A stretch of 64,000 nt of DNA, taken from Camelus ferus (lineage: Eukaryota). Shown piece by piece: positions 40,951-54,229 of this stretch (position 1 is its first letter; every line of letters begins with the position of its first letter). The position numbers and the translations under genes were made by a program. The notes below the pieces were generated by a model. That model was not told the origin of the DNA. It saw only the letters and a program-made list of their open reading frames with translations, and ran no database searches. Where the stretch lies: the NCBI RefSeq assembly GCF_009834535.1, contig NC_045697.1:42100001-42164000 (forward strand), read 5' to 3'.

Positions 40951-41989
40951 ACAATAAGCAGTTGTCCCGAAAAAGGAGGCAATTTGAAGCGCAGACGATG
41001 TGGCCCTTTTAAGTTGCCTCACTCTGTGTGGGGGAAATGTAAAGGTGCCACACCCTCAGAGAAAATAGAACAAACATTTCCGTGAACACTAGAAAGGAAT
41101 ATTATTTGCGTTGTAAATCCCACCTAAGGGTAAATCACTTTTTAAAAGGGTGGGGATTGGGGGAGAAGCCTGAATATCAGGTGTTAACTGGGATTCAGTG
41201 GTACCTCAGCCATTTAAGGTTTGTCCCACTAACAAATGACCAAATGCCCTGCACTCCTGTTTTTCGTTTGTGTAGGGCTTGGTTTTGTTGTCTTTTTACT
41301 TTCCTATCAAATGAAAGCTGTGGGAGACACCCACAATAACACAACGGTACGTGTGAAAGGCAAAGCTCCCCTTGTCTCTCTGAATATCTCTTATGCAAAA
41401 TTGGTTACAGAAGATACAAGGCTTTCAGTGATGTTAGAAATGGGGGGTGAGACTATAACACTGTGCAGAGCCTTCACCTTTAGAAGCGGAGGCCGATCAA
41501 TTGTCAGTAGACTTAGAGGAAAAGAATCAGGGAACGTGGAGGTGGGAACATGATGAAAGAATCAGAACAATGAGAGTGAGCGTTAAAGAGGCTTGAAACA
41601 ATACTATAGATAAATTATTGTTTATACTAGTTTCTAGCCAAATTCTAGCAAAGCTTAAAAAATTAATTAAAATTTTCAAATAGAATGATACGCCGTTTCT
41701 ATGGGCTTTTCCATTTCCCTAATTGTGAGCAGCATGTTTGTTCAAATTCCACAACAGGCTGAAAACATATTAGACTTACGAGGTTTCCTTTTTAGTTTGC
41801 TAACAAAGCAGGTATCGAAATTAGTTTAAACAAAAAATTGATTTGTAGGTTACTTGCTTAAGTATGCAAATATTCAAATCAAGAAGATCTCTCCATAGTT
41901 TTCTGTGTAGGCCATAGTGTTTTGACATTATACTCTGTCTAGAGAAAAATAAAATTTGACCCAAATACTGTATTCTAGTTAGTAAATTT

Positions 41990-43224
41990 GTTCTTCACAG
42001 AGATATGGATTAGCAATTCTGAAAATACTTCATGTGTACTGAAGGCCTGCAGAAATAAGTAAGTATATTGCAGGAAAAAGAGATTCATTATTTTATAAAT
42101 GAGCACATCTAACACCTAGATCTTGGTTTCTAAATACCATTGTTTTCATAAAAGAAATCTGGGCTCCTTGAATGGCTGATCTAAGAGCTGGAAAAGAAAA
42201 AAGTGTAAGATGAACTTGAAGCACCTTGTGGTACCAGAAAATAAAAAGTGTTATAAAAATGGTGATATAAAGAAAGGACACAGGAGCCAACTTGAAGATT
42301 GGCCAAATGGCCTAATCTGGACAGTTTGAGCAACAAAGTAAATACCAATTATAATGGACTATGACTCAGATTAAAACAAATATCCATGAGCCTATATTGA
42401 TAAAAATAAATAACTGAGTAAGTAAATAAGTGGAGAAGAAAAGAAAGCTCCTTCTTACACAAGAATCTTAACTAACAAATGTAAAAGGAATGATAAAATA
42501 GAAAATCACCATTTGGCAAATAAAACAGTGACAACTGTTTCAATAAGGAATCAACAATAAATGCTAAAACGTGTGGTATAAAGTATGATGAAAAACCTGT
42601 CATTACATAATCTCAAGGTATCTCCCCATAAGATGCTTACTAACTACAAAAAGGAAATCAGCAACTTAACAACGGAAAAACCCGGCAGACCTGAATTGAG
42701 AAGTCAAAGTTGACATCATTTGTAATTAGACATCTTGTCATCACATGTTTCCTGATACAATGAACTAAGAACAGCATAGCATCATTCCATGGTATTTTTG
42801 CCAAAAATGCATAATCTGACTTTAATCATGAGAGAACATGAGAAAATCCAAATTGAGAGACTCCAAAATAACTGGTCACTACTCTTCAAAAGTCTCAAGA
42901 CCATGTAAGACAAAGAAAGAATGAGGAACTAACCCAGATTGGAGGAGACTAATAGACATGAACACTTAATACATGTGTGATTCCTGTCTGTATCCTGGTC
43001 CAGAAAAAACACACTGGTGGTACAATACAGTGGTACATATATAGGTTAGTTAATAGTATTTTATCAAAGTTAATTAACTGGGCTTGATCATTTTAAGATG
43101 CTAACATCTAGGAAAAGATTACATGGGCACTTGTACAACTTCAGTAAAATTTTATATGTCTGAAATTATTTCAAAATAAGAAGTTAAAAAATAAAATAAA
43201 CTTCAAAATAAAAAGTTAAAAAAT
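41990..43224 (+). mobile_element. Old L1MC/L1MD-type 3' UTR
   Basis: gatcttggtttctaaataccatt, aaggacacaggagccaacttgaag, aaaatcaccatttggcaa, tggtatttttgccaaaaatgcataatctga, tctgaaattatttcaaaataa terminus. Confidence 0.85.
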
Positions 43225-45205
43225 CTCCTAGGAAATTGAATGGTGACCCTCTTCATTAGTAATTCTCAGTAATAATAACTAATATTTGCACCATGAAATG
43301 CTTTCAGCTACCTTATTTCATTTGACCATTATTCCTGTTTTACAAAATATTTGAAATGACTTGCCATTACTAGTGAACATCAGAACTGATTCTTAAATCC
43401 AGAATGTTTTGAACCAAGAATCGATGTAATATTTGCCACATGCTTATCCGGTTTTACTTTTCTACGAAAGCTTTCTGGAGGTGGGAACATAAAGGAGTTG
43501 ATAATAATAGGTATACAACAGTTTGAGTAGTTTGGGACAGTTAAAGTAGAATCTTTAGTGTGTGGATTCATTCAAAGAGAACAAAAACAATGATCAATGC
43601 AGTGCACCCTGAAAATGTGTAACTGAAGAAGGGAGAGGGCAGATAAACACCATGATCAATAATATTGAGAACAAATATGGGAAGAAAACAAGGACCTGAT
43701 ATGACAAAGCTCTAGGCTAATAAAGAGACAAAGCAAAGAAAGAAACAAAATAGAGAATCACAACAGAAGAAAAACTAAAGAAAGAAAAATGTGGTTAGAG
43801 AAAGCATAGAAGCAAAACATTGAACTTCAAAGTGGAAGGAGCCTGCCACTTTGAATTGGAAGGGTGGCTAACTCATAGCTGTCACCTGATGGATACAGTT
43901 TCAAATTCACTAGAACTCCGAGCACGAAGCAGCTGAAACGTCTAAGAGAACTTAAGGCTAATTCTTCTGAGATGGCATTACAGACACCCAGAGGCACTGA
44001 GGCAGTCATCACAGGACAAAGTCCTGGGTCTCTTGGTTGACGATGTGCTCTAGCCAGTGCTCTCCTTGAACCAAGAAGCAAGCGTAGATTCGTGGTAAAA
44101 ATCTAGATTCAAAACACTCACTCCAAGACCCCAGTGCATACCTAATCCACACTGAACCCCTCTCTGGACCTCTGCCCAGCATCGCTGCTCTCTTCAGTCT
44201 GACTTCCACACAGCCATGTGGGTGTGAACAGGCCCCAGGAGTCCTGGCTATTTCTAGATAACCCTTGGGCTGAAACAGAACCTAGCCAAGTTAATGTAGG
44301 CAAGTGAGAAAGTCACAGGACAGTACACGGCAGTTAGTAGCAGGAGAGACTAGTCTCCAATGCCTGCTTTTGTAGCCATAATTTCTGAATCTAATATTTA
44401 AAGTCAAGCACAAAAATGAGCAGAAGACATGAAAAACAAACTGCTATTGTCTTAAAGGCTCACTTTAAATGGAAGAAAAGTATCACACTAGCCATCAATG
44501 AACTAAAAAATAAATAATTACAATCTAAAACAGTCAATAATTATGAAAAAGTTACCAATTTAAAATTAGTATACAGGGTATTATTTTATGTAATAATTTG
44601 CAATAAATTGCATTTAACACCATATTTAATATCATGCCTGATTTCATCATAGCTTTGAAGAGAATAAAGAAGATAAAATGATAATAGATAAACCCAGAAT
44701 ACCAAGTTTTGTACTAACCCTTATAAATACCACTTACTTATAAGACACTTTTTATACCAGGTGGAAAAAAAAAGTTAACTGTGCTTAAATATCAGAAAAA
44801 TGTTAAATTAAACAAACCTATTAATAAAAGGCATATTTGAGTCTGTAGAAAGAAGCACTTGTGCTGTACTAAAAACATAAAGATGAAAAAAATCTGAGAC
44901 AATACTATATCAAAAGGTCTCTGTAGGTGAAAATGTATTAATAAGTTATATAATAAAGAAGGCTTTTATGACATCATGACATACAAGATCTGTTTTGAAA
45001 AAAAATTCCAAATAAGCCATCAAACACTAGTTAGTGGCCACTTATTACCACAAGAAAAGTGTTACCCTCATAGACCTCTAGAGGTAAATGCATCATTCTA
45101 GTAGGAGTTGGGTTACCAGGTTAACAACTTTCCCAAAGCTGCCAAACTGACATTTCATGGCTAAATCATTTACTACAGTTCTCAGCATTCAAAAAATAAA
45201 GGTGC

Positions 45206-47615
45206 GTTCAACATACGCAAATCAATCAGTGTAATACATCACATCAACAAGAGAAAGGACAAAAACCACATGATCATCTCAATCAATGCAGAAAAAGCAT
45301 TTGATAAAATTCAACACCCATTTATGATAAAAACTCTCGCCAAAGTGGGTATAGAGGGAACATATCTCAACATAATAAAAGCTATATATGACAAACCTAC
45401 AGCCAGCATAGTACTCAACAGTGAAAAACTCAAAAGCTTCCCACTAAAATCTGGGACAAGACAACGATGCCCACTATCACCACTCCTATTCAACATAGTC
45501 CTGGAAGTCCTAGCCATAGCAGTCAGGCAAGAGAAAGAAATAAAAGGGATCCAAATTGGAAAAGAAGAGGTAAAAGTGTCATTATATGCTGATGACATGT
45601 TACTATATATAGAAAACCCTAAAAGGTCCACACAAAAGCTACTAGAGCTGATTGAAGAATTCAGCAAGGTAGCAGGTTACAAAATTAACGCTCAAAAATC
45701 AGTTGCATTTCTTTACACTAACGATAAATCAACAGAAGAAGAAAGTAAAGAAACAATCCCCTTTAAAATAGCACCCAAAGTAATAAAATATCTGGGAATA
45801 AATCTAACCAAGGAGGTGAAAGAATTATACACAGAAAACTATAAACCATTGATGAAGGAAATTAAAGAAGACTTTAAAAAATGGAAAGATATTCCATGCT
45901 CTTGGATCGGAAGAATCAATATTGTTAAAATGGTCACACTGCCCAAGGCAATCTACAGATTTAATGCAATCCCTATCCAATTACCCAGGACATATTTCAC
46001 AGAACTAGAAAAAATCATAATAAAATTCATATGGAACCATCAAAGACCTAGAATTGCCAAAGCATTACTGAAGAGAAAGAAAGAGGCTGGAGGAATAACT
46101 CTCCCAGACTTCAGACAATACTATAGAGCTACAGTCATCAAGACAGCATGGTATTGGTACCAAAACAGACATATAGACCAATGGAACAGAATAGAGAGCC
46201 CAGAAATGAACCCACAAACTTTTGGTCAACTCATCTTTGACAAAGGAGGCAAGAATATACATTGGAATAAAGACAGTCTCTTCAGCAAATGGTGTTGGGA
46301 AAACTGGACAGCAACATGTAAAACAATGAAGCTAGAACACTCCCTTACACCATATACAAAAATCAACTCAAAATGGATTAAAGACTTAAACATAAGACAA
46401 GATACAATAAACCTCCTAGAGGAAAACATAGGCAAAACATTATCTGACATACATTTCAAAAATTTTCTCCTAGAAGAAATAAAAGCAAGAATAAACAAAT
46501 GGGACCTAATGAAACTTACAAGCTTCTGCACAGCAAAGGAAACCAGAAATAAAACAAGAAGAAACCTACGGAATGGGAGAACATTTTTGCAAGTGAAACC
46601 GACAAAGGCTTGATCTCCAGAATATATAAGCAGCTCATACGACTCAATAAGAAAAAAATAAACAACCCAATCCAAAAATGGGCAGAAGACCTAAACAAGC
46701 AATTCTCCAAGGAAGATATACAAATGATCAAAAAGCACATGAAAAAATGCTCAATATCACTAATTATCAGAGAAATGCAAATCAAAACTACAATGAGGTA
46801 TCACCTCACACCAGTCAGAATGGCCGTCATTCAAAAATCCACAAATGACAAATGCTGGAGAGGCTGTGGAGAAAGGGGAACCCTCCTACACTGCTGGTGG
46901 GAATGCAGTTTGGTGCAGCCACTATGGAAAACAGTGTGGAGATTCCTCAAAAGACTAGGAATAGACTTACCATATGACCCAGGAATCCCACTCCTGGGCT
47001 TGTATCCAGAAGGAAATCTACTTCAGGATGACACCTGCACCCCAATGTTCATAGCAGCACTATTTACAATAGCCAAAACATGGAAACAGACTAAATGTCC
47101 ATCAACAGGTGACTGGATAAAGAAGATGTGGTATATTTATACAATGGAATACTACTCAGCCATAAAAACCGACAACATAATGCCATTTGCAGCAACATGG
47201 ATGCTCCTGGAGAATGTCATTCTAAGTGAAGTAAGCCAGAAAGAGAAAGAAAAATACCATATGAGATCGCTCATATGTGGAATCTAAAAACAAAAACAAA
47301 AACAAACAAACAAACAAAAACAAAGCGTAAATACAGGACAGAAATAGACTCACAGACAGAGAATACAGACTTGTGGTTACCAGGGGGGTGGAGGGTGGGA
47401 AGGGATAGACTGGAATTTCAAAATTGTAGAATAGACTACACTGTATATAGCACAGGGAAATATACACAAAATGTTATGATAACTCACAGAGAAAAAAATG
47501 TGACAATGAGTGTGTATATGTCCATGAATAACTGAAAAATTGTGCTGAACACTGGAATTTGACACAACATTGTAAAATGATTATAAGTCAATAAAAAATG
47601 TTAAAAAATAAAAAT
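45206..47615 (+). mobile_element. Young 5'-truncated LINE-1 (camelid-lineage), ~2.4 kb
   Basis: Perfect 15-bp TSD AAAAAATAAAGGTGC at 45191-45205 and 47616-47630; ORF2 3' half, 3' UTR with (AAAC)n and G-rich tract, AATAAA at 47590, short A-rich tail. Confidence 0.97.
45207..47287 (+). pseudogene. L1 ORF2p fragment (partial reverse transcriptase + C-terminal Cys-rich domain), one frameshift
   Basis: ORFs 45270-46613 and 46610-47287 translate to L1 ORF2p ([26 protein letters not shown] at 45585-45596, [18 protein letters not shown]); restoring one base near 46562-46565 fuses them (...[23 protein letters not shown]...). Confidence 0.95.
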
Positions 47616-47989
47616 AAAAAATAAAGGTGCTACACTGCCTCTGATTAAAATCAATTACAGCACCAAAAGCAGTGTCTCAGAAAGCAGGCAGGTAGACTGA
47701 ACTTATTCTAGAGAGAATTCTCTGGAAACTTAATAATGGCATAACAGGAAATCGCCAGGTAAAGGAGCTGGCAACTCAGGAAAAACCAGCTGAACCCTTT
47801 GTTTCAAATCAGAGCTCAGACTTAAGATAAAAATTTAACCTTGTCCATTGGAAATTACAAGATACCACCGGCCTTTGCTGCCTGCTTGCAGGTCTGCAAA
47901 CACAGTCCTAATAATTCTGGTTACAATTTATGGCTCAGCATTGGGATCAGGAATCATTTTCACATCTCACAAACAGTCACAGCACCTGT

Positions 47990-49030
47990 TCCCTGACAAC
48001 ACTGACGAACAGCAGCACCCGCTGTAACTCCGCGTATCTGGCGCTCCTAGGAAACACCACCAGCGATTTCAGCGCACTCTGCCTTAGCATCACACATGGA
48101 TTAATTCTCTCTCTCTCCGCCTCCCCTCCATTCCCATTCCACTCCAAGCTCATGATAACCTGACCTTTACATACCAATTACTCTTTTTGAATTATTTTAG
48201 CATTTCACATTAATAATACAGTTCGTAAATGATATCATACATAAGTTGCTTGGCGTTTCCGTAAAACAGTTCAATATAATTTTACTTTACTTAATGGCTC
48301 TTTCTAAAACATTAAGAAAATATTATATCAAACAAACAGAACACAGCAGTAAGACTATATATATCCCACTATTATTACTGGTATGCATTTGATCGGAGTG
48401 TGATTTGCTAAACAAATAAAGACTAACCCTCATAAGCCACTGGTATCCTATTCTTGCTTGAAAATAAATGTATTAGAAGCAGAGTCCCAGAGCTGACACC
48501 ATTGAGCCGCATGCAAACGTCTGAAAGAAGTCTAAGCATTCAGTATTGTCTCTTCTGTGATATAGAAGTAACCCCATTTCTCTGAGACAGCATCCTACAC
48601 TTTTCAGAACTGCCTGCAAACATAACGCAGAGCAGCACGCTCTGACCTCCCACAGCGCGGGGCACAAAGGCCTCACCTCGCTCGGGATGAGGAGTGGGTC
48701 CCAACCAGCTGCGCCATGTGCCGCACAGTTTACCTGCTCTATTCCGTCCTCCCGCTTTTCAGAAAGGAGTCCCTCGGAGCCTTCAAGCCCCAGTCCCCGG
48801 CTCATGTCAGGGAAGCTAAGGATACTCCCTGGAATGTTCCACAAATTTAACAATAGAGGCTGGGACCGCAAACAGAGAGAGAATAAACGCGCTGCACAGA
48901 CAGAACTCTCCCTGTTTCTCAGTGTTACCCAGCAGTTACCACGAGCTGAAGCCTCTTCCCCCTCCTCCATTCTCTCACCCATCTTCGGTGATTATTTGAC
49001 TCGTCTAGGCAGTGTTTACGCAGATTAACC
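47990..49030 (-). promoter_or_regulatory. CpG-enriched non-repeat region; candidate alternative promoter/exon
   Basis: CpGs are clearly retained at about 48000-48120 and 48620-48960 against a CpG-poor background; contains a minus-strand donor at 48734. Confidence 0.5.
48734..48805 (-). CDS. Candidate coding exon end (MSRGLGLEGSEGLLSEKREDGIEQ, 24 codons, phase 0)
   Basis: ATG at 48805 with G at -3, donor CAG|GTAAAC at 48734/48733, inside the CpG-rich patch; frame is open upstream to 48982. Product not recognised and could be 5' UTR. Confidence 0.3.
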
Positions 49031-50869
49031 TGCTTTAAAAAAAATTTTTGTTTTAGTTTTCTGCATGAAATGTCTTAGCTGTTAATATACCATATTTCTT
49101 TGTTGTTAAGGAATATGAAAAACATAAAATCAGAGAACTGTATAATTATAGTGTGGTTTGGAGACTGAATTGAATGAAAATCTACAGTGTATTGAGAACA
49201 TTCATATTAAATGGGTTCAACATCATTAATATTATTACAAGGAATTAGACTAAAAATGTATACCCAAAACAGAAAGTATTACAAGTTCCATCTTGATTTT
49301 CATATGGTTTATTTTTTCAGCTGCCTTTAAGGTTACTCTAGGCTAAGGAAAAATGCTTTTTAAAATGTTATGTAATAAAATAAAATAAAATGTTACAGAT
49401 TCACTTGCTCTTTTCTCAGCCATAATTCCTCACCTAATGCGAAGAACACAGAAAATAATGAGCAACTCTTTTCTCAGTTGTGCCAGATGGTACTTAAACA
49501 GGACCCTTCTCCTTGCAGAGCAGAGGAAGTAATTCATTATATGCATCGGATGCCATAGGCTAGCATTTGGGTTTAATTGTCTCAGGGAACTCAGAAGTTA
49601 AGAAAGGCCTCTGAGAAATAGAGCAGTAGGGTAGAAAAACAAGTCACCAAAAATCAAGAGCCTGGTCTGCATACAGGTCTTCCTGACTTTATATTCTGGG
49701 TCAAATCACCTAGATTACTTTGTACCCATTTTCTCTATTAAAAGATTGAGGTAAGACGGCCGCAGCTATTTTCTAAGTGGGCATTTGTTCTGATGTCCAA
49801 TAAATTCATTCTAAGGGGAATGTAGCATGTAATATAATTTGTTAATTGGGAGGCCCAACATAGATAATACACATGAAAGATTACCCAAAAGAAAAAATTT
49901 TAATTCTATAATTTCAACCTTCTCTTGAAATCTACCTTTTACCAAATTTACAGGAAAAGTTACACATTTGAATTTCATCTCGTTTTCCCCCCTTTTCCTG
50001 CAGAAGTATTAAGGCCCAAATTCACCAAAGAAAGGAGTAGCAGGGGTTCCCTCTCACTCCTGGAAAATATTGACTTTGACTGGCCAGACAACAATTTTAT
50101 CCATGCAACACCTTTTATGCTCACAGTATCTGAGAGCTGAATATTAGCAGTAGTTTAAAATTATACACATTAACAAATCAAAGACTTGACAAACACAAGA
50201 AAGAAGTTGGAAGAGAGAAAAGCATTTTAAGAAAATGATCCTGTGATTTCAGTGACTCCAAAGCAAGGTTTGCCCAAATTTGAACACATAACCCAGGTTC
50301 TTGAGACAGCCCTGGATGAGTCACTCTTGCTGAACGGACTCTATCATTAACCTGTTCCAGAATGTACACGGCCAGCCCAAGTCCAGAAGGAGGCCAGAGG
50401 AGAAACAGGCAGTGTTCATGACACTCATCATCATGTACAGAGCTGTTATGCAAGTGGTATTTCTTGTTGTAGGGAATCAAACGTATGTATTGAATGCCTT
50501 AATCATGGCATTATTTGAACACAAGAAATGTCTAGTTACATTGAGTGGAAACTTCTGTAAGCAATTTCATTAAAAATACGGCTGTCATCCAGTAACTGGT
50601 AATTTCATACTCAAAGGAACTATTCCTAGCACAACTTCAAGTTATATTTGCACCGTGTACTAAGAGAGCTGAGATGGCACTGCTTTTCTTGCTGCACAGT
50701 CAATATATAGGGCAGGGAGCTGGTGGCTGGTCTCCCCCGTGCATCATAAACACCAGTTGTCATCCAAGAATAGATATTGTTTGCATTTGCATTACTGAGA
50801 AACAGCAGAAAGTGTACGAGGACTTCATTTCCAATTTCCCAGATGACTTTATAAAATACGGTGTTAAAA

Positions 50870-51115
50870 CTTAATCTTTTAACTTCATTTGCTGGTTTTG
50901 AAATGGGGATGTTCTTGGCATTTGGGGAAGGAAAATTCTTTGCAGTGAGGGACTGTCACACATATTACAAGACACGTGGCATTCTTGACCCCTGGGCACT
51001 GAACGCCAGTAGCTTCACCTCATCATTGTCTTGACCAAAAATATCCTCACACATTTTCAAAAGCCTCCTAGTGAGTGGTATCACCCATCCTCCCAAACCC
51101 ACAGCTGATGAAAAC
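50870..51115. mobile_element. MER20B-like hAT DNA transposon (degenerate)
   Basis: tggcatttgggg...aattctttg...gggactgtc..ca.attacaagac...gcattcttgacccc...gccagtagc...cacacattttcaaa resembles the MER20 family. Confidence 0.5.
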
Positions 51116-52349
51116 TAGCCATATGGAACACAGAAAGGTCAAGCTACACTTTATCATGTCATCTATAGACGTCTAGATGCCCACTCCTCTACAAAGTCAG
51201 TCTTCAGAGCCCTGTCAATGCATACACATAGCCACATCCTTATCAAAATTGTTCAAAAGGAACACACTACCACTTTGCCACACAGACTTTTTCAAACCTG
51301 GAACAATCTTAGAAAGTATTTACTCCAACACCTTTATTTTACAGATAAGGAGACTAAAGTCCAGAAAAAGGAAATTATTTGCCTGAGTTCACAGATGCTA
51401 ATTAATCCAAAAGCAGGATCAGAGCACACATTCTGCTAGCTCGTTTCCTTTTCACTCTCCTCCAACTGTAGATTGCAGAGTACAGAGGGATCTTGTGAAA
51501 CATTTCTCAAGCTACTGTTTAAATACAAAATTTCAACTGTGGTGAGCCAGAAGGTAGACTTTCTTACCCCTGAAACTCACTTTCCCTGACGATTTTGTCC
51601 TGAATAATACTTTCAGACACCACTAAGAACTTACTTTTAGAAAAGTTAATATGTACCTATTGAAAAGCTTTTTTTTTAAATCCAAGGTAACATTCTTTTT
51701 TTAAAAAAAATGGAAAAAGAGTATTCTCAAATCTTGTCTAGTGAATCTGGATGCTGTATGTTCAAACAGAATTCTTTTAAGTCTTAAAGTAAATATACCC
51801 TCCAACCAAAAACCAAATACAGCAGTAAAACATAATAATGAGCGAAGGCTGGCCAGTGCAATATTACGTGCTCTCTCTTTAATGGCACAGAGTCAACAAA
51901 TATCTTAAGCACATTTATTATTTTCATTAAGGGGAAAAATACCCAAGGATAAAAATTTATGACTTCTGTTTTTACCAAAAAGAATTTTTTGTTTATTATC
52001 AATATTAATATTGCATTAACTAGATTACCAATCTCTTGTCTACATGCTTTTCAAAATAAATATATCAATTAGTAAAATATTGAATTCAGTTTTTTATGAG
52101 TTCTTCATTTAATTCCCAATTTTACAGCTGTTCAGGCAGCTGGACTATTATCATTAAAATGTTTCAAATTGAACACAAGTTAGATATTCAGGGCTTGGGG
52201 CTACTCACAAAGAATATGAAGCTTTTATTTTGTAGTTCTAAAGTACAGGCTCCAACTACTCAATGTCCTTCTTAATTGACTTCTGTGGGACTTACCCACC
52301 TGCACTGTGAGAGGCAGCATTTAAAATATGGGAGAAAAGACTACACAAA

Positions 52350-52796
52350 ACTAAAGTCACACAACAGAGACCAGCATTTTGTGGAGAACTGACGTCTTTA
52401 GTCAATACAAGACTACATACATTTTTAACCACTCTTAAGTAATTTAGATATATCCTTACCTAATTTTATCATGATTTCCAAACTCTTCTTTTGAACAAGT
52501 AATGGTCCTTAAATCACCTTTATTTATACTTTATTCTGACAGTTATCAATAATCAGAAGTACATTTTTCACTTTTACCCAGTGTGTGAGGTGCACACATA
52601 CACATTAAAAAACTGGAAATTAAAACATGAAACAAGTCTTACTTTTACTATATATAATGAACCCTGATTTTTTTTTTTCCTATTCCATTCCATCCTGTTC
52701 TATTCCTTTTCATGTAAAAAGAAACACTGGTCATGAACCACTGATTTGATTTTATGACCACTGGTGGATCAAGACCTCCAGTTTGAAAAGCACTGC
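52350..52796. mobile_element. hAT-Charlie non-autonomous element (subfamily uncertain)
   Basis: Terminus gaccactggtggatcaagacctccagtttgaaaagcactg is a Charlie-type end; left boundary uncertain. Confidence 0.5.
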
Positions 52797-52829
52797 TCAG
52801 GAACCCCATGTCCATCATTTAATTTAATA

Positions 52830-53065
52830 ATAACTATTGACTTGTTTTGATATTTACTAGGTACCAGATACCCTTTCAGGCTCTTTAAATGCACTGTGCA
52901 CATCATAAATTAAAAACCCGTAACAACACTACAGAGTAGGTATTACTAAATGCCCATATTCACAGGAAGGAAATCTGTGGTTCAAGAAGATTAATGCAAC
53001 TTGCCCAAGGTCACAGGGCTTGGGTATAGCAGAGCCAGCTTGGAACATAGATGTAATTCCAGAGT
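52830..53065 (-). mobile_element. MIR SINE
   Basis: cccatattcacaggaaggaaatctgtggttcaagaagattaatgcaacttgcccaaggtcacag. Confidence 0.8.
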
Positions 53066-53099
53066 ATAATGGTAAAGTACGGCAAAATATCTCGAAGTA

Positions 53100-53310
53100 A
53101 GGTATTTCAGTCTTGAATCCCAGATCTACCACTTAGTGCTATGTGACTTTGGTAAGATACTAAGCCTCTTCAGGTTTCAGCTTTCCCGTCTATAAAAGAG
53201 AGAGAATGATGGTGCATACTCACGAGGGAGCCGGAGGATTGAAGGAGACAACCTATGATGAGAGCATGGCACAACTAGCACATAGTAAGCCTTCAATAAT
53301 TGTCATCTAC
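53100..53310 (+). mobile_element. MIR SINE
   Basis: ttgaatcccagatctaccacttagtgctatgtgactttggtaag...cagctttcccgtctataaaa...gcacatagtaagccttcaataa. Confidence 0.85.
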
Positions 53311-54229
53311 TGCTAGACACAGGCTGATTCTTAACTGCCACATCAGGCACTGCCTCCCTTCCCTGGGCTTCTAGTGTCCCATGCTGAGTCTGGATTTGAG
53401 TTTTCTCCTGATTCCTTCCTTCTGACGCTTGTTATGCTGCAACCTTGCTTCTCCCCCTTCACCCATCCATCCTCCTCCGGCAGCTCCATCTGCTGTGCGG
53501 GAGTTCTCACAGCTCCTCACCCAGATTATTCCTTGTAACCTCCACCTGTTTCTTGGCACTGAGGACGAAGCCCCCCCACAGAACCTGCCAACTTGAGCCT
53601 AACCCCTGGACACAGAAAAGTTACTCCACGATGACAGTGTGAGCTGTTATGAAAATATGAAGTCTTTAACCAGCAAATCAAACGTGGGAAAGTTAGTGCT
53701 TCTGTGCACCCACAGATTCCTCTGTATAAAATCACTGACGTTGCACTCGATCATCTCACAATAACAATTAAGCCATTATGGGATACAGAAATTAAAATGG
53801 AACTCTGAAAGTGGTACTTATGTGGCTGAATCCTAGGTTTACACAATTAATTAGGTGCAACAAGATAACACCAGGCTCCTTTGACTCCCCCACCTCATCT
53901 TTTCTAGCTAGAAGTTTCTCCATGTAAGATACTTTAAAACCAGATATTCCCAGCACAATAAAACAATCAAAGATGACATCTCAAGGAGTTCGGATAATTT
54001 TTTTTTCTCTAGGTAGCTTCACAAACAGGAGTGAGATGCACTCCAACAATTCCTGTGATAAATGCTCCCTTCTTGAGAAAGACTGGCTTTGAAATTACTT
54101 TCCCTTTTGCCCATTTCATTTCTGTGTGCCCAGTGAGTACTGCCACCACTAATTCAACTTTCCTCCCCTTCTCAGTTGCTACCCTCAAAGAAGTAATCAT
54201 TCCCTGCTGTATTTCAGCCTTTTCTCCTC

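Noticed and set aside
45311..47565. Several minus-strand ORFs (62-149 aa) overlapping the young L1
   Set aside because: Antisense shadows of L1 ORF2 and its 3' UTR; no independent gene signals.
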